A stretch of DNA of 64,000 nucleotides, taken from assembly GCF_964204645.1 (NCBI RefSeq), contig NC_134029.1, positions 23,988,950-24,052,949 on the forward strand, read 5' to 3'. Below the pieces are notes generated by a model. That model was not told where the DNA came from. It ran no database searches and worked only from the letters and a program-made list of their open reading frames with translations. This stretch comes from Tubulanus polymorphus. Taxonomy: Eukaryota > Animalia > Nemertea. Below, one piece after another: positions 26,801 to 38,310 of this stretch; the first letter of the stretch is position 1; every line of letters starts with the position of its first letter. Position numbers and translations under genes: made by a program.

Positions 26801-29644
26801 TGCAAATTATTCATGACGTTAACATTGAGAGATATTCTCAAGTTGTTTTCTGATGAGAAACACTTTAACGACGGTGTACATGCCATTTCGGAAAAAAGGG
26901 AAACGCAAATCTACGATGCGTGGCCTGAAAATTTTGAAATTAAAACAGCACAATTTTATTGGATAATTCCTGATATTTTGAGTGTCTGTTTTCGCGAGAT
27001 TTGATACGACGTTTGCCGAACATGAATTGAAGAACTTACATTTCATTAAAACGTGAATATCGATCATCGATTGTGACGTCTGCCGCCGAGCACTGACTGG
27101 CGCGTCATCGCGGACGGCTCCGTTTTAAATGAATCTCGTTTTTCCGACGCGAGAGTTGCTCTGATTGCATTTCAATCGCTCAAAATCATCTCGTGTCAGA
27201 TGCGCGTCGATACAAAAGCACATTGAGAAACATTGACAAGATTAGAAATTGTTTGAATTTCTCATCATTAATTTTTGCCCGTGATTAAAATCGATTTCGA
27301 CTAATGATTTGACACGAGAAGGCACCGGTGACAATCAAAAAGAGACGGCGCCTTGTAAACGATTTTTCGCGAGTTGAAGCTTTGCAGTTTTTTTCTAATT
27401 GAAAGAAAATGACTCGACTTTGCGTCGATTCACAGAAAATCCGATAGGCTTTGATGAAAGAACGAGGTAAATTTTCTTTAGTTCCTCGCAAAGATTTATT
27501 GTATCGTATTTTAAAAATTCTGTCAAAAGTCGAATAGGGGTATACGTCTCCCGGGTTTAAACAAATCGAACATTCGTGAGAAATGCTATATTTCAATTGT
27601 ACAATCTTTAAAAACTAAATACAAACGTTCGTTTCAATTTGATTTAAAGAGGAATTAAAAATAACGAGACGTTTTTACAGCCATAACCGCACTCGAAATG
27701 AGGCCGCAATAATCATAAAATGGATTGAAAACCGCGCGATCCGTTCAAAGAACGATCATCGAAATAAGGCGAATAAGAACGTTAACGAACAGTCGTCGGG
27801 ATTTATTGGGGTCGTTTTTGTTCGAGATGTCTCGAAACTCTTTTCGAATATCTGTCTCTGTGAATAGCTACCAGTCAAACAGGCGCACGATGCGACCTCG
27901 TTTAACTGCTATTAAAAAAAAAAACATTTGAGACTTTTTTACGACTTTGTGGCCGGGCTGTGACATATCATAGAACCGGGCCCGGGAATTTTTAATTCAA
28001 ATGTAACAATTTAAATTGTAGTTGATTTACGCGTAGACGATGACGTTTCTATTGTAGCGAGCGTTGTTTGGTGTCCTTGGTTGCTCTAAGAACCCGTATA
28101 CGTGGGATGAATATTTGTTGCGGTTCTTTTATCCGCGTGAAAAGAAAAGAAGAACTTTTGATGCAAAGCCAGAAAATAGACTTTTGACGTTATTTATGAA
28201 TGGTTGTATAAGTGGGTGTAACCGAGAGCCCGGTCACCGACATTTGAAGTAGTTATTTTGATCTCAATTCACGACTGAAGTTTTAACGGATATCGTAAAT
28301 TTCTAAAGAATTCAATTTTTAAACGGTCGTTTTTGAAATGCGCCGTACTGGAGACCGGTCTTATTTCCGTGCGAGTTGTATCTTTGCGACAACAACGAAT
28401 CATCAAACTCATTTTGCGTTCGTTGCTGTTCTTTTGTATGTAAAGTGTAGCTATTTAACGTAGTACAGACACAATCGTGCGCGTATCGTCGTCGTGTGTG
28501 AACTGGAATTTTCATAAACCGACCAGATGTGTCTGATAGACGGAAATTAATTAGTTTTTAATATTGCAAATTAAGAAACACCAAGACATAATTTCTGAAG
28601 CTCATTTATCAAATACGAGTCAATTAATATAAAAGCGTAGCCATCTGCATGTTAGCAATGAATTGGACTGCTGACTATAGGAGTTTTTCAAATGATTGTT
28701 TCATTAATGTATTTAACCTCAGTCACACATCGTTATGACACAACACCACCCCCGAATGTGAACGAACTGAAGCCACGCTGTCGTCTAATTCTTTCTAATT
28801 AAGGACGACCTCGTCTCTGCGCATTTTACTCTCAAAGAATGACGTTTTTCTCGCGCGTTCTCCATTTTCTCGAAACAATTATTGAATACAATTCACCAGC
28901 AACCTGTTTCACTTTCTATACGTCCTATTCTAATGTGGCGACAGATTGCCGCCATTATCTTATAATCAACTAAACTTATTAATTCAAGTTTAAAACGAAT
29001 ATTTAAAAGAATACAGATTCGGAAATATGTCGTAGACGCATTTGCACTTTTTTCATCCGACATTACTAAGATTTTCAGGGCAGTCATCAACTGTTTTTTT
29101 ATCTACGTCAACATCTAAAGCCACTGCGATTAATTCTATTAAGCCCGAATGACCCTTAACGATCTATATTAAGCACCGGTAACGCAATCAGCAAAATTCC
29201 TGGCTAGCACAAATGATAATTGGATTTTCAGTCAGCCGGATGGTCGATACTGATCATTACCTCTGACCATCGGTTGTTGATTACGAATCGCAATTAACGT
29301 CGACAATTAGTCAAATATGTGCGTATATTTGTTACTTTCATTTGTCGATTTGTGTTGTAAGTCTGCAGGACGTGTCAATATCTATTCGTGCGGCCGCATG
29401 TCTCGGTATAATGGCGCTCCTCGGCTAATGAGAATTAATACAATTACATCGATGATCATCCTATTTACTTATTACATTTGTTCTGATTTTCTATTTCTTG
29501 CCTTCATTTTCATTTCTGGTCCTAAATTACTACACGATGCTTGAATGATGATCGGTCAGATCAGATTTATAGAATCTATTTCTCAACTGTTCGTCATAAG
29601 TTCCCGGTTTTTTCATGAATACAAATATCGTTTTGTTTTTGCAG

Positions 29645-29763
29645 TGCTCGTCCTGGTCGTCCTCCTAAGAGAAGCCCGGCAGTTCACGCCAGCCCCGACA
29701 CTCTGGACAAACTGAAGAAAAGTCGACTGGATACAGATTATCTTTACAGTAATCGTCTTTTAG
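29645..29763 (+). CDS. dac: Dachshund coding exon 2 (end of DD1, basic RPGRPPKR motif)
   Basis: Acceptor ttttgtttttgcag. Phase 2 join gives S-ARPGRPPKRSPAVHASPDTLDKLKKSRLDTDYLYSNRLL; RPGRPPKR is the conserved end of DD1. Donor TAG|GTGAGT (phase 1). Confidence 0.95.
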
Positions 29764-30861
29764 GTGAGTAGTACACGCGAACCCGATATTTCTTCTCGCC
29801 CATCGTCAACAACGCTCTTCACTGAATAGTTCCTTCTGAGCGGCGAGGAGATTTCCTCCTTTTTCTCCGGTCGCTCCTTAAGATTAATTGGAGAAAAAGA
29901 CGTGTAAATTCCCGATAGGACGAATTCGCACATGAGTTTTATCGTATTTTCTACAACGAACGGAATCATTGGTGCGGTCTGAGATCCGATTACGACACGG
30001 ATGCCAAACACAATTTGTTCGCGGTTACACAATAATATGGTTTTGTGTGCGTAGCATTTAGCAAACCATCATTCGCGGACAGATCAAATCATATGGTGCC
30101 ATAAGTACATCTCAATAGAGCTACGGATTGAGTTATTGGAGGTGTCATCTTTACACGGGTTTACACGGGTTATCCATCGCGCTGAAAGTTTAATATCGCA
30201 TTACTGCCACAACCTGTAATAAACGAAATGGACACGCCGTGACCATTGATGCTTTGATTTGCTGTGTAATGCGTCTTTTTTATCAGAAGTCCATTTCTAT
30301 TATCGTCGACAGTTACATCGCCGCCGGCTGCGGACGCCGGACACTTTCCGTAACATCGTAAGATCCATTCTGCGACCATCAATTCTGTGATCATCAATTG
30401 ATTTAATTATATCTGATATAATCAATACACGTCGATGTATTCTTCTCGCTGCTCTCAACCATTTCCCGAAGTGTTTCTCTAAAACTGTAAGAGTTGTAGA
30501 TGAGGAATCGTGTTAACCCGGTTATCAGTATATACGTGAAGACCGATAGTTCTTTGTAGACGAGGTTGATTTTATGAAAAATATAAGTGTTCGGTACAAG
30601 TGTATGGTATAGTTTATCAGGTAAATGACTCATTCACCCGATGAAGCTTCTATAAACTAGTAGCGAAAGCTCGTTAAGTTAACCTGTAAAGTACTGTCTT
30701 CGCGATTACAGATCTTAAACTTAAAAACTTCCCTTTTCACCTTCGCTACGCTATACTAATCTGATGAAATAGTTTTTGCAAAAATGATGATCATTCACTC
30801 ACAGACTGTGCTCGATAGCGCACGTCTAATACATCAGATCCGTCTCTTCTTTTGCTTGCAG

Positions 30862-31057
30862 CCGAAAAGACGCACGGGATTCCGAATGGGTATCATCACT
30901 ATCCTCCTCATCTGGGAATGTTACCGTTTTTGCCGGTTAGTTATTCGCACATGTCGTCTGCCGCGTCGATGGTTATGAACCACCCTCATCTGGGAGTCAA
31001 CATCGATCCGACGCTGAAAGAACGAACCCGCGCCGACGTAGATTCTATTTCACCCAG
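30862..31057 (+). CDS. dac: Dachshund coding exon 3
   Basis: Acceptor cttcttttgcttgcag. Phase 1 join gives AEKTHGIPNGYHHYPPHLGMLPFLPVSYSHMSSAASMVMNHPHLGVNIDPTLKERTRADVDSISP. Donor CAG|GTAAAT (phase 2). Confidence 0.85.
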
Positions 31058-31091
31058 GTAAATATCACACCGGTCAGAATCTGATAATCAA

Positions 31092-31194
31092 GGGTCGTCG
31101 GTTCTACAGCAGTGAGTTAGAGTTAACTCTCAGATTGAATAAGTTCATTTTCGATGTGTTAAATCTGAACTCACATCTATGTGGAACTGGGTCC
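31092..31194. mobile_element. MITE family B, in dac intron 3
   Basis: Ends cggttctacag / tgtggaactgggtcc. Reverse complement shares ccagttccaca, ttcagatt, catcgaaaatgaact and tagaaccg with 51580-51678. Confidence 0.7.
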
Positions 31195-31342
31195 TGGACT
31201 TTATCTCAGGGTTGAAATTATTTCATTTTCAATCAGTTAACTCCTAACAGAACTCTTTGGTCATTTACACCAATTTCAAACTCTAATATGAAATATAACT
31301 GTGCAGAACCGCTATTGATTTCAGTCGTCAATTTTCTTGTAG

Positions 31343-31461
31343 TTCGCACGGTGAAAATCATCCGTTCGACGAACATCATCATAGAGAGGATATTCAACAT
31401 CATCATATCAGACACGACGCTTTACCAACTTATAGACACAGTCCTATTGATAAAGAATCCG
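31343..31461 (+). CDS. dac: Dachshund coding exon 4 (His-rich; 5' boundary could be 31307, 31325 or 31343)
   Basis: Needed to bridge phase 2 (exon 3) to phase 1 (exon 5); a direct exon3-exon5 join frameshifts to a stop. Acceptor ttttcttgtag, open frame SHGENHPFDEHHHREDIQHHHIRHDALPTYRHSPIDKES, donor CCG|GTAAGA. Not shown in the ORF track. Confidence 0.78.
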
Positions 31462-31549
31462 GTAAGAATCAGCAGTGAATTAGTTTTTAAAATCAAATGA
31501 ATGAAATTAGTTATATTGAATACGATTTATTTATTGGTTTTGTTTCCAG

Positions 31550-31678
31550 GTACCCCGAGCGATCTATCAGTGAACGGGCCTATCGATTTGAAGAAACACG
31601 TGACCACAGGTTCGGGAAGTAAACAGGAATCAGACCGAAGCGATGACGATGATGATGACGATCACGATGATATGGATG
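31550..31678 (+). CDS. dac: Dachshund coding exon 5 (PSDLS/PIDLK motifs, acidic tract)
   Basis: Acceptor ggttttgtttccag. Frame GTPSDLSVNGPIDLKKHVTTGSGSKQESDRSDDDDDDDHDDMD. Donor ATG|GTAAGT; phase 1 at both ends. Confidence 0.85.
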
Positions 31679-32760
31679 GTAAGTGTGATCATCTCCATCG
31701 TGTGGAGGAATCGTTGTTGAGTTGAAGTTTGTGCAGTGTTTCACGTGATGATATCAATACGCATGGTGCTAGCGGTTTTAGTTATTTCTTCACACCTGAC
31801 GATTGTCTAGAGAAAGAGAGAGTCTGAAACCTTGTGTCTTTTGATTTCAATTTCATTTTGATGTTTTATTCACGAATTAAACTACAAAAGAAAGTAGCAT
31901 GAGTAAATACAATATATTGTAAAATGAGATGAATCTCATTTTTAATTCATCATTGTATATAAATGTGTTTAAATCCTATAGTCAATTCTGCACGTCTCCA
32001 CGTGAGTGTACCGACTGTCCTACTATCAATAATCCATTTTTTTGATATCATTCAACACTTTCAATTCCCCTGAAACTAATATGAATATATCCAGCTATTT
32101 TTACGATTTTGTATCGATGGTTTTATCGGTATAATTATAGTTAATTTAGTCGCGCGCGTGTGGTTCACATCGATTTCCAAAGGTTGGGTCCTCGGTTCCC
32201 GCTGTGGAGCTGCGCAAAATATCGGATCGGAATACGAACGTAAACTTCCCGTCGCCGCATCGCGAATCATCCGAACAAAAACGACCCGCATATTAGTTCT
32301 TATTTGTAATCGATGACAACAAAAGCATTCGCACAAACATTTATGGATAAATCTCAACTCAAATATTTCTCCACGTTCTGTGGCGTATTTGAGGTAGTGA
32401 AGACGTGTTTACAATACCACCTGACAATAAGCAGGAAGCCGACCCCCTGAGACGCGATAGAAACCGATCTACCGACAGATCAATGCGATTTGTTGAAGAA
32501 AACAAATGTTTATCATGCATTCGTCACGCGAGCACTCTTCCCCTCTCTCTTTCTCTTTCTCTCTTTCACATATGGATATTGAACTCGTTTATTGCTACGG
32601 GGATGTGGTCCAAGAATATATTGGTTATTTTACCTTTGTCAAACGAACCAATAAACAACTTAATCTAAACAAAACATACGCGACCTGCACATAATATATA
32701 ATTCATGTATGGACACTTACTTAGAATTCTCATCCTTACTGTTCACAGTTCACTGGCTTA

Positions 32761-32808
32761 CCGGTCAATCCTACTGGTCAATCCTACTGGTCAATCCTTC
32801 TGGTCAAT
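32761..32808. repeat. 13-bp tandem repeat (ctggtcaatccta), about 4 copies
   Basis: Directly visible. Confidence 0.85.
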
Positions 32809-33061
32809 ATATAAACTCGTCATATCTTACATAGTAATCCCTTGAAAACAATTTGTTTTAATAAAAAGCCAAAAAGCCAAGGAATTCTTAATAATCTTCT
32901 TTTAAAATTTGTCGGTGTTTTAAAACGTTTTCGTGTTCTTACGGTAGTATTATATCATTTTTGTAATGTGTGTATTAAAATTTCAGCGTCACCCGTGACG
33001 GTAAATCCTATAGTTCAATTCGATCTCTTCAGAATTATTCATTTTCATAAATGATTTTCAG

Positions 33062-33307
33062 ATGATTTAGATCGGGATTCGACGTCACCGAACAGAGATA
33101 ACAATAATGGCGTCACAAACCACGAATCTCATTCGGTGCATTCGCAGCAAAAACAATTTCCGCAACCGACTAGTAATATATCCGCCGATGACCTGCCTCA
33201 AGGACCACCTTCTTCGTTGGAAGCATTGCTGCTAAACATTCAAGGTCTTATGAAAGTGGCGCTAGAACACTCGAAACAATACGACAGACAAGTTCACATG
33301 GAAACAG
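33062..33307 (+). CDS. dac: Dachshund coding exon 6 (start of DD2/DachBox-C)
   Basis: Acceptor gattttcag. Ends SSLEALLLNIQGLMKVALEHSKQYDRQVHMET, matching the DD2 pattern SSIETLLTNIQGLLKVA. Donor CAG|GTAGGC (phase 1). Confidence 0.92.
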
Positions 33308-33359
33308 GTAGGCAAAACAATACACTTAACGATTTCACCGGCGAATACGAAGGGGGGGG

Positions 33360-33479
33360 GGGTCAGTTGCTGAAAGGACGGATACCGTTAAATAAATAAT
33401 CTTTCAACTTTTGATTTTGATTATTACGATTTCAACTATCCATTCGGTATCTCTAACCAACTTTTGAGCATCGGATCCC
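33360..33479. mobile_element. MITE family A, diverged inverted copy in dac intron 6
   Basis: gggtcagttgctgaaag, tcaactatcca and ccaacttttgagca match the reverse complement of 4283-4409. Confidence 0.7.
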
Positions 33480-33597
33480 TTGATTTATTTTGGCCCGTTC
33501 CCAGGTAAGAATCGTCTCCCGTTTATAAAGTACCACTAATGACAAATCCAAGCGTGTTTTCCACAAAATGATCTTGAAAGATTACGTTGAACAACGA

Positions 33598-33723
33598 CAG
33601 CAGCAGCACCAGCAGCAGCACCACCACCACCGTCACCACCACCACCAGCAGCACCACCACCACCGCCACCACCAGCAGCAGCAGCAGCAGCAGCTGCACC
33701 ACCACCACCACCAGCAGCAGCAG
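33598..33723. repeat. (CAG)/(CAC) compound trinucleotide repeat in dac intron 6
   Basis: Directly visible; gives Q/H, S/T and (minus strand) V/L low-complexity ORFs. Confidence 0.97.
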
Positions 33724-35180
33724 TATATGTGGAATCTTATATTGTATGTTTAATATTAACAGGGAATTTATTCGAATCCTTCAGATATCACATTGAAATA
33801 ATAATTCTAAACGGCGTCCCCCTCTATCTCTCTATATCTCATTGCTGAGTTAGTCATTAATTCATATCGAGTTTTTACTGAGTGGAGTCTTCTTGAGATT
33901 GTCGTCGTGACGAAGAAGCGGTAAACGTTATGTAATTACGGAAAATCGAGTGATGTAGATGTCGGACGGGCTTTCAACGAATAATTTGACGCTCGTATCG
34001 ACTACCGTTAATTGTATGCTCTGTTTGAATTCAGTTAACACAGAATGTTGAATTTGTCAGCTCATCGATTCGGCGCCGTATTACAAAATGCGGAATATTA
34101 TTTTACTAATCATTCGGCCGTGTTTTTGTCGCGCCTGGAGAGAGGCCTGCGCGCCTTGTGTGGTCCGAATGGATCATTCGTGTTATAAGTAACGATTACT
34201 GATGAATCGACGTCTTTATGAAACGTCTTCAAACGCGTTTCTGGTTTCAGAATAAATGGATAATCGTTTTCTGAAGAATTCACACGAGTCCCATTCTTAC
34301 GACAAAGCGAGTCGGTATTCTAACAATATCGGGTCAAGGATTCACAAATTAGTTTCTAGTTTCAATAAATTTGCCAATATCCCCGAATCGACATTCATTT
34401 CATATAATCACGATACACAGTGGCTTAATATTGTTATTAAACCTACACTGGCTTATTGCTGCTAAGTCTGTGTTTGTTTTAAAGAATCAAATGAGATATG
34501 TGCAGGTGGCAGTTGATTAAATTGCTTTTGTTTTATTCGCGATGTCCGTAAATCGACGATTCTGTCAGATTTATAGAGTCTTTTTCAATACATATCAGCA
34601 TTAAAAGACATCTGCAATCCCTATTTTTACAATGATTGAAGAACTAACTGCCTATCACGCGGATCACCGGCGTTCGGTTTGCCTCTGATTAAAACCGTCT
34701 GATTTTAAAACGCCGAATAAATCATATCTCGAGCCAATAATAAACTAGGAATCACTTATACACAGATGCTGCTATCAAATGGGAGGAAATAGAACTAACG
34801 TTCAATTTCGAAGTCCGGGCGAATCGGTTTTTGATGTATGATGATTGATTTGAATCGGGATATAAATTTTGGATTAGGCTAGCTTCTGATGTAATAAGAA
34901 ATGGAAAATGGCGGTAAGCCTAGTGACAGATGGTTAGTGGCCGATGGTTCATAATTCGCTCGCCTTGAGTCTCCGCAGCCGTTTGGTGATTCTCTTATCA
35001 AGATCGACGACGACCGGGTTTTTCATTTTGAAAAAAAACTACAAAAGAACTATTGCCAGAGATTACGCTGTTTCGTGACAGATATAAAAATCGTAATTAT
35101 TACGGTGAATGTCTGAGAAAAAACAGATGCGAATTAAAAAACGTAGCATTTCGCCAAGTTTTCTGCCTAAACCACAATTC

Positions 35181-35338
35181 GACTGACTGACTTACCGACT
35201 GACTTACCGACTGACTGACTGACTGACTGGCTGGCTGGCTGGCTGACTGACTGACTGACTGACTGACTGACTCCCCCTGTATTGACTGACTGACTGGCTG
35301 GCTGACTGACTCCCTCTGTCTTGACTGACTGACTGACT
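35181..35338. repeat. (GACT)n/(GGCT)n tetranucleotide repeat in dac intron 6
   Basis: Directly visible. Confidence 0.95.
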
Positions 35339-36239
35339 CCCTCCTGTCTCACTTCTACATAAACCCGCTTTCAACTCGACGAAAAATGGTTTATCATTTT
35401 TTCGATTGAATTTCGTAAATTAGATCAGTCGGTATTTTTACATTACGTGGTGATAACGGCGCTTTTTGCGTTAGTCGGAAAACATCTCCCAAAAGAATTC
35501 GCGCTTACGCGACACAAGAGACGTAAAAACGACGCCTTAAACGCACTGGAAATGACCCATTAGTGCAGAGTGAGAGAGAGAATATTGCATTACTTCACCT
35601 GCGAATTGTCGCTGATACAAAATATGATCAGAATAGAGGGTCATCGGATGTGATAGTTTATTCTTTCATCTTCAATTGCCGAGATGGATCTGACGAGAAA
35701 AACCATTTACTAAACGGACAGAAGAAAAACCAGGAAAAGATATTAGTTACTCATGACTTCGTTTCGAAATCCCATTTGATGTCAGTCAGTTGATATTTAG
35801 AAATTAGACTTAGGAAGTTAATGGTTCTTACCGATGAGTTCGTAGAACACCCGAGCGATTTAAGATATTTCGTTTCGTCTATTGCTACATCATCTCGGAT
35901 GTAACTTACCCGGTTTGAAGAAGGTACGCATCCTAATGCAATTCGATCATATTATAGTTATGTGGATGAGAAAATGAACGCCTGGTAATAGGGAGGGTTT
36001 CCATTTACTGGGCGATGATTTCCAACGAACGGAACGAGGAAATCGGATGAAATACAGGTATCAGATTTGACCCGTTCGCCGGTACTAACCTTAACGAGAC
36101 TTTTGAGAATATATTCGTGTCAAAACGCATCGGAGAAGAAAGCAACGAACGAACACGATACCGAAGCATTATGAATTGATAAGTTCATCGGCTCTGAATC
36201 CGATTAATCGAATGTCCGTTTCTGTTTCTGTCTTTGTAG

Positions 36240-36323
36240 CTGAGCTGAAAATGGAGTACTTACGACAACGTGAGCTTCGCGAGAATCTTGAACGAAGATT
36301 AATGGAAGAACAGAAATTAGCCG
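36240..36323 (+). CDS. dac: Dachshund coding exon 7 (DD2 coiled coil)
   Basis: Acceptor tttctgtctttgtag. Frame AELKMEYLRQRELRENLERRLMEEQKLA matches DD2 ELKM..LRERELRE.LE. Donor CCG|GTCAGT (phase 1). Confidence 0.93.
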
Positions 36324-36504
36324 GTCAGTATCAATAGCATTTTTATCATATTGATGATTTCTTTATTTGCTTTGATATTGCTTATTGAAAAAAACCGTAC
36401 TACCGACGGGAAAGATTGTTTAGCGCGCGGCACTTGACATTCAAGACGCATCGAAGCTCATCCAGCACTTTTACGATTTTACTTATTGCACATTTTTAAC
36501 ACAG

Positions 36505-36702
36505 AAACGTTCCAAAAGCGATGGAAGAAAGAGAAAAAGACACGAAGGAAGTTACAAGAGCAAATCGAGGCGAGGAATAGCGTAGCGGCGAATAATGTGG
36601 TGCTTAGAGAACAAAATGGTGCCACGCCGACCCCTAATACAGACGAGCCCGCTCGTATGCCTTCTCTATCTCCAGAAGACCATCAGCGATTTATGATGAA
36701 TG
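36505..36702 (+). CDS. dac: Dachshund coding exon 8 (end of DD2)
   Basis: Acceptor tttttaacacag. Frame ETFQKRWKKEKKTRRKLQEQIE matches DD2 QKRLKKEKK..RKLQE.LE. Donor ATG|GTGAGT (phase 1). Confidence 0.92.
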
Positions 36703-36876
36703 GTGAGTATTGATTCTAATAATGAAAGATTAAAATGTGAAATCGACCCAAAACTGAACTGAAATCAATATTCAGATCATTACCGATTGCGGATTACACA
36801 CGGAACTGTGATTCATGAACTCTGTAATTCAAGACTAGTGAATATATCTTATCTTTTAATTTTCGTTTATTGACAG

Positions 36877-36977
36877 TTTTCTCGGCGGGAACCAGCGTCA
36901 CGAGCACGACCTCGAATACAGTTCAAACAAGTACTCACAGTCCGTCAGTGATACAGGCCATCAAAACTAACGGATGA
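36877..36977 (+). CDS. dac: Dachshund final coding exon 9 (Ser/Thr-rich tail, TGA stop)
   Basis: Acceptor tttcgtttattgacag. Phase 1 join gives VFSAGTSVTSTTSNTVQTSTHSPSVIQAIKTNG then TGA at 36975-36977. The tail is not conserved, so support is splice signals and frame only. Confidence 0.72.
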
Positions 36978-38250
36978 TTGACGTGGCCACAATGGCAACT
37001 TTATCATACGTGGAATACAGTATTCGAAAGTGAGTATATCATTACCGATAAATACATAAGAAACTAATTACAATCGATATATAATTACACTTATTGTTTT
37101 TACACTGATGCAATATTTGCTAAATGATCTGATATGTCTGTTAGCCCTATGCCTTATTTGAACTGATAAACCAGTGCAGTCATTGTAGGTAAATCTTTGT
37201 TGATGATCTTTTTCAGAATGATGAGAGTCATAAATAAGATCTGTCGTTGGTTATTGCGATACAGAAGGTCGACTTAATAGAAATATTACTGTCAAGCTGC
37301 TCTTCGGATATCAATTGGTTTCTCAGGGACTCAGTACAATAACATCCCAAAGCTTACGACAATAATGGACAGAATTAATTTCCATTCAAAGAAAATGCTA
37401 AAGCGAGTATAGAATCGTTTCAGTCGCTACCTGCTCGCTAAACTTTTAAAACATAATCGGTGACCGAAGAATCCCTTGTGTGACTCCAAAACTGTTTATA
37501 TCAAAATGCTCATAATAATAAAAACAAGCGAAGAGAATGAGACATATCATCGTGTAGGGTATTCCTGAATGTAAATAGATCATGTAAAAACTTAAGGAAA
37601 AAGTTATCGTTGAAAATCTGTACAGTTATATTATATTAATCGATTGAAATTTAATTAAATGGTTATCGAGTACGTCATTGTGTATGATAATAAATCGGTT
37701 TTGTAATTAATAAACCATAATGGTTAATAATTTAGCGGAAATGAGAGTTGCAATAATGTGTATATATATGTACAATACTAATGAAAGAATAAGGACTGGT
37801 CGGTTTTATTATCTCTTAATACAAATGACAAATTTAGAGAATTCTGAATGAAATTTTGAAGAATTACTCCCACAAATCATGCATGCATATCAATATTTTT
37901 GCGCGGATATGAATCCGTTACGTGGCAATGATTCGTAATGAATGCCGGTGCTTTTTAGAAATTGTACTAAACTTCGAATGGTTCACGAAGTCATCTACCT
38001 CTGAGCCAGATTTCGATTAGTTTTATCGTCATTTCAGTTGAAAACACGAATGAATAATTGATCGATTCTTAATTTCCTGCGCATCAGCGGCAGTCATTTC
38101 AATTATTATATAGTATTATGGAATAGTGTTCGCTATAGGCATATCTCTATTATAAAAATGGTATAAATCAGTTAAATGTCTACAATTATGCTGTTCTTGT
38201 GAAAAGATTATGAAATTTTTATAAAAATCAGACACGATATGAATTGCTTG

Positions 38251-38310
38251 TGTATAATAAATTATAGAATATAAATGTATTGAATATCTGTGTATTGTTT
38301 TTGTGCGTCT
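38251..38310 (+). terminator. Candidate dac polyadenylation signal
   Basis: TGTA then AATAAA (38256-38261) followed about 25 nt later by a GT/T-rich tract tctgtgtattgtttttgtgcgtct, at the end of a very AT-rich 3'UTR-like stretch. Other AATAAA at about 37688 and 37709. Confidence 0.45.

Noticed and set aside
33568-33753. Poly-Q/H tract as an alternative dac coding exon
   Set aside because: The nearest acceptor (33504) leads to a stop in a different frame, and I found no acceptor/donor pair keeping phase 1.
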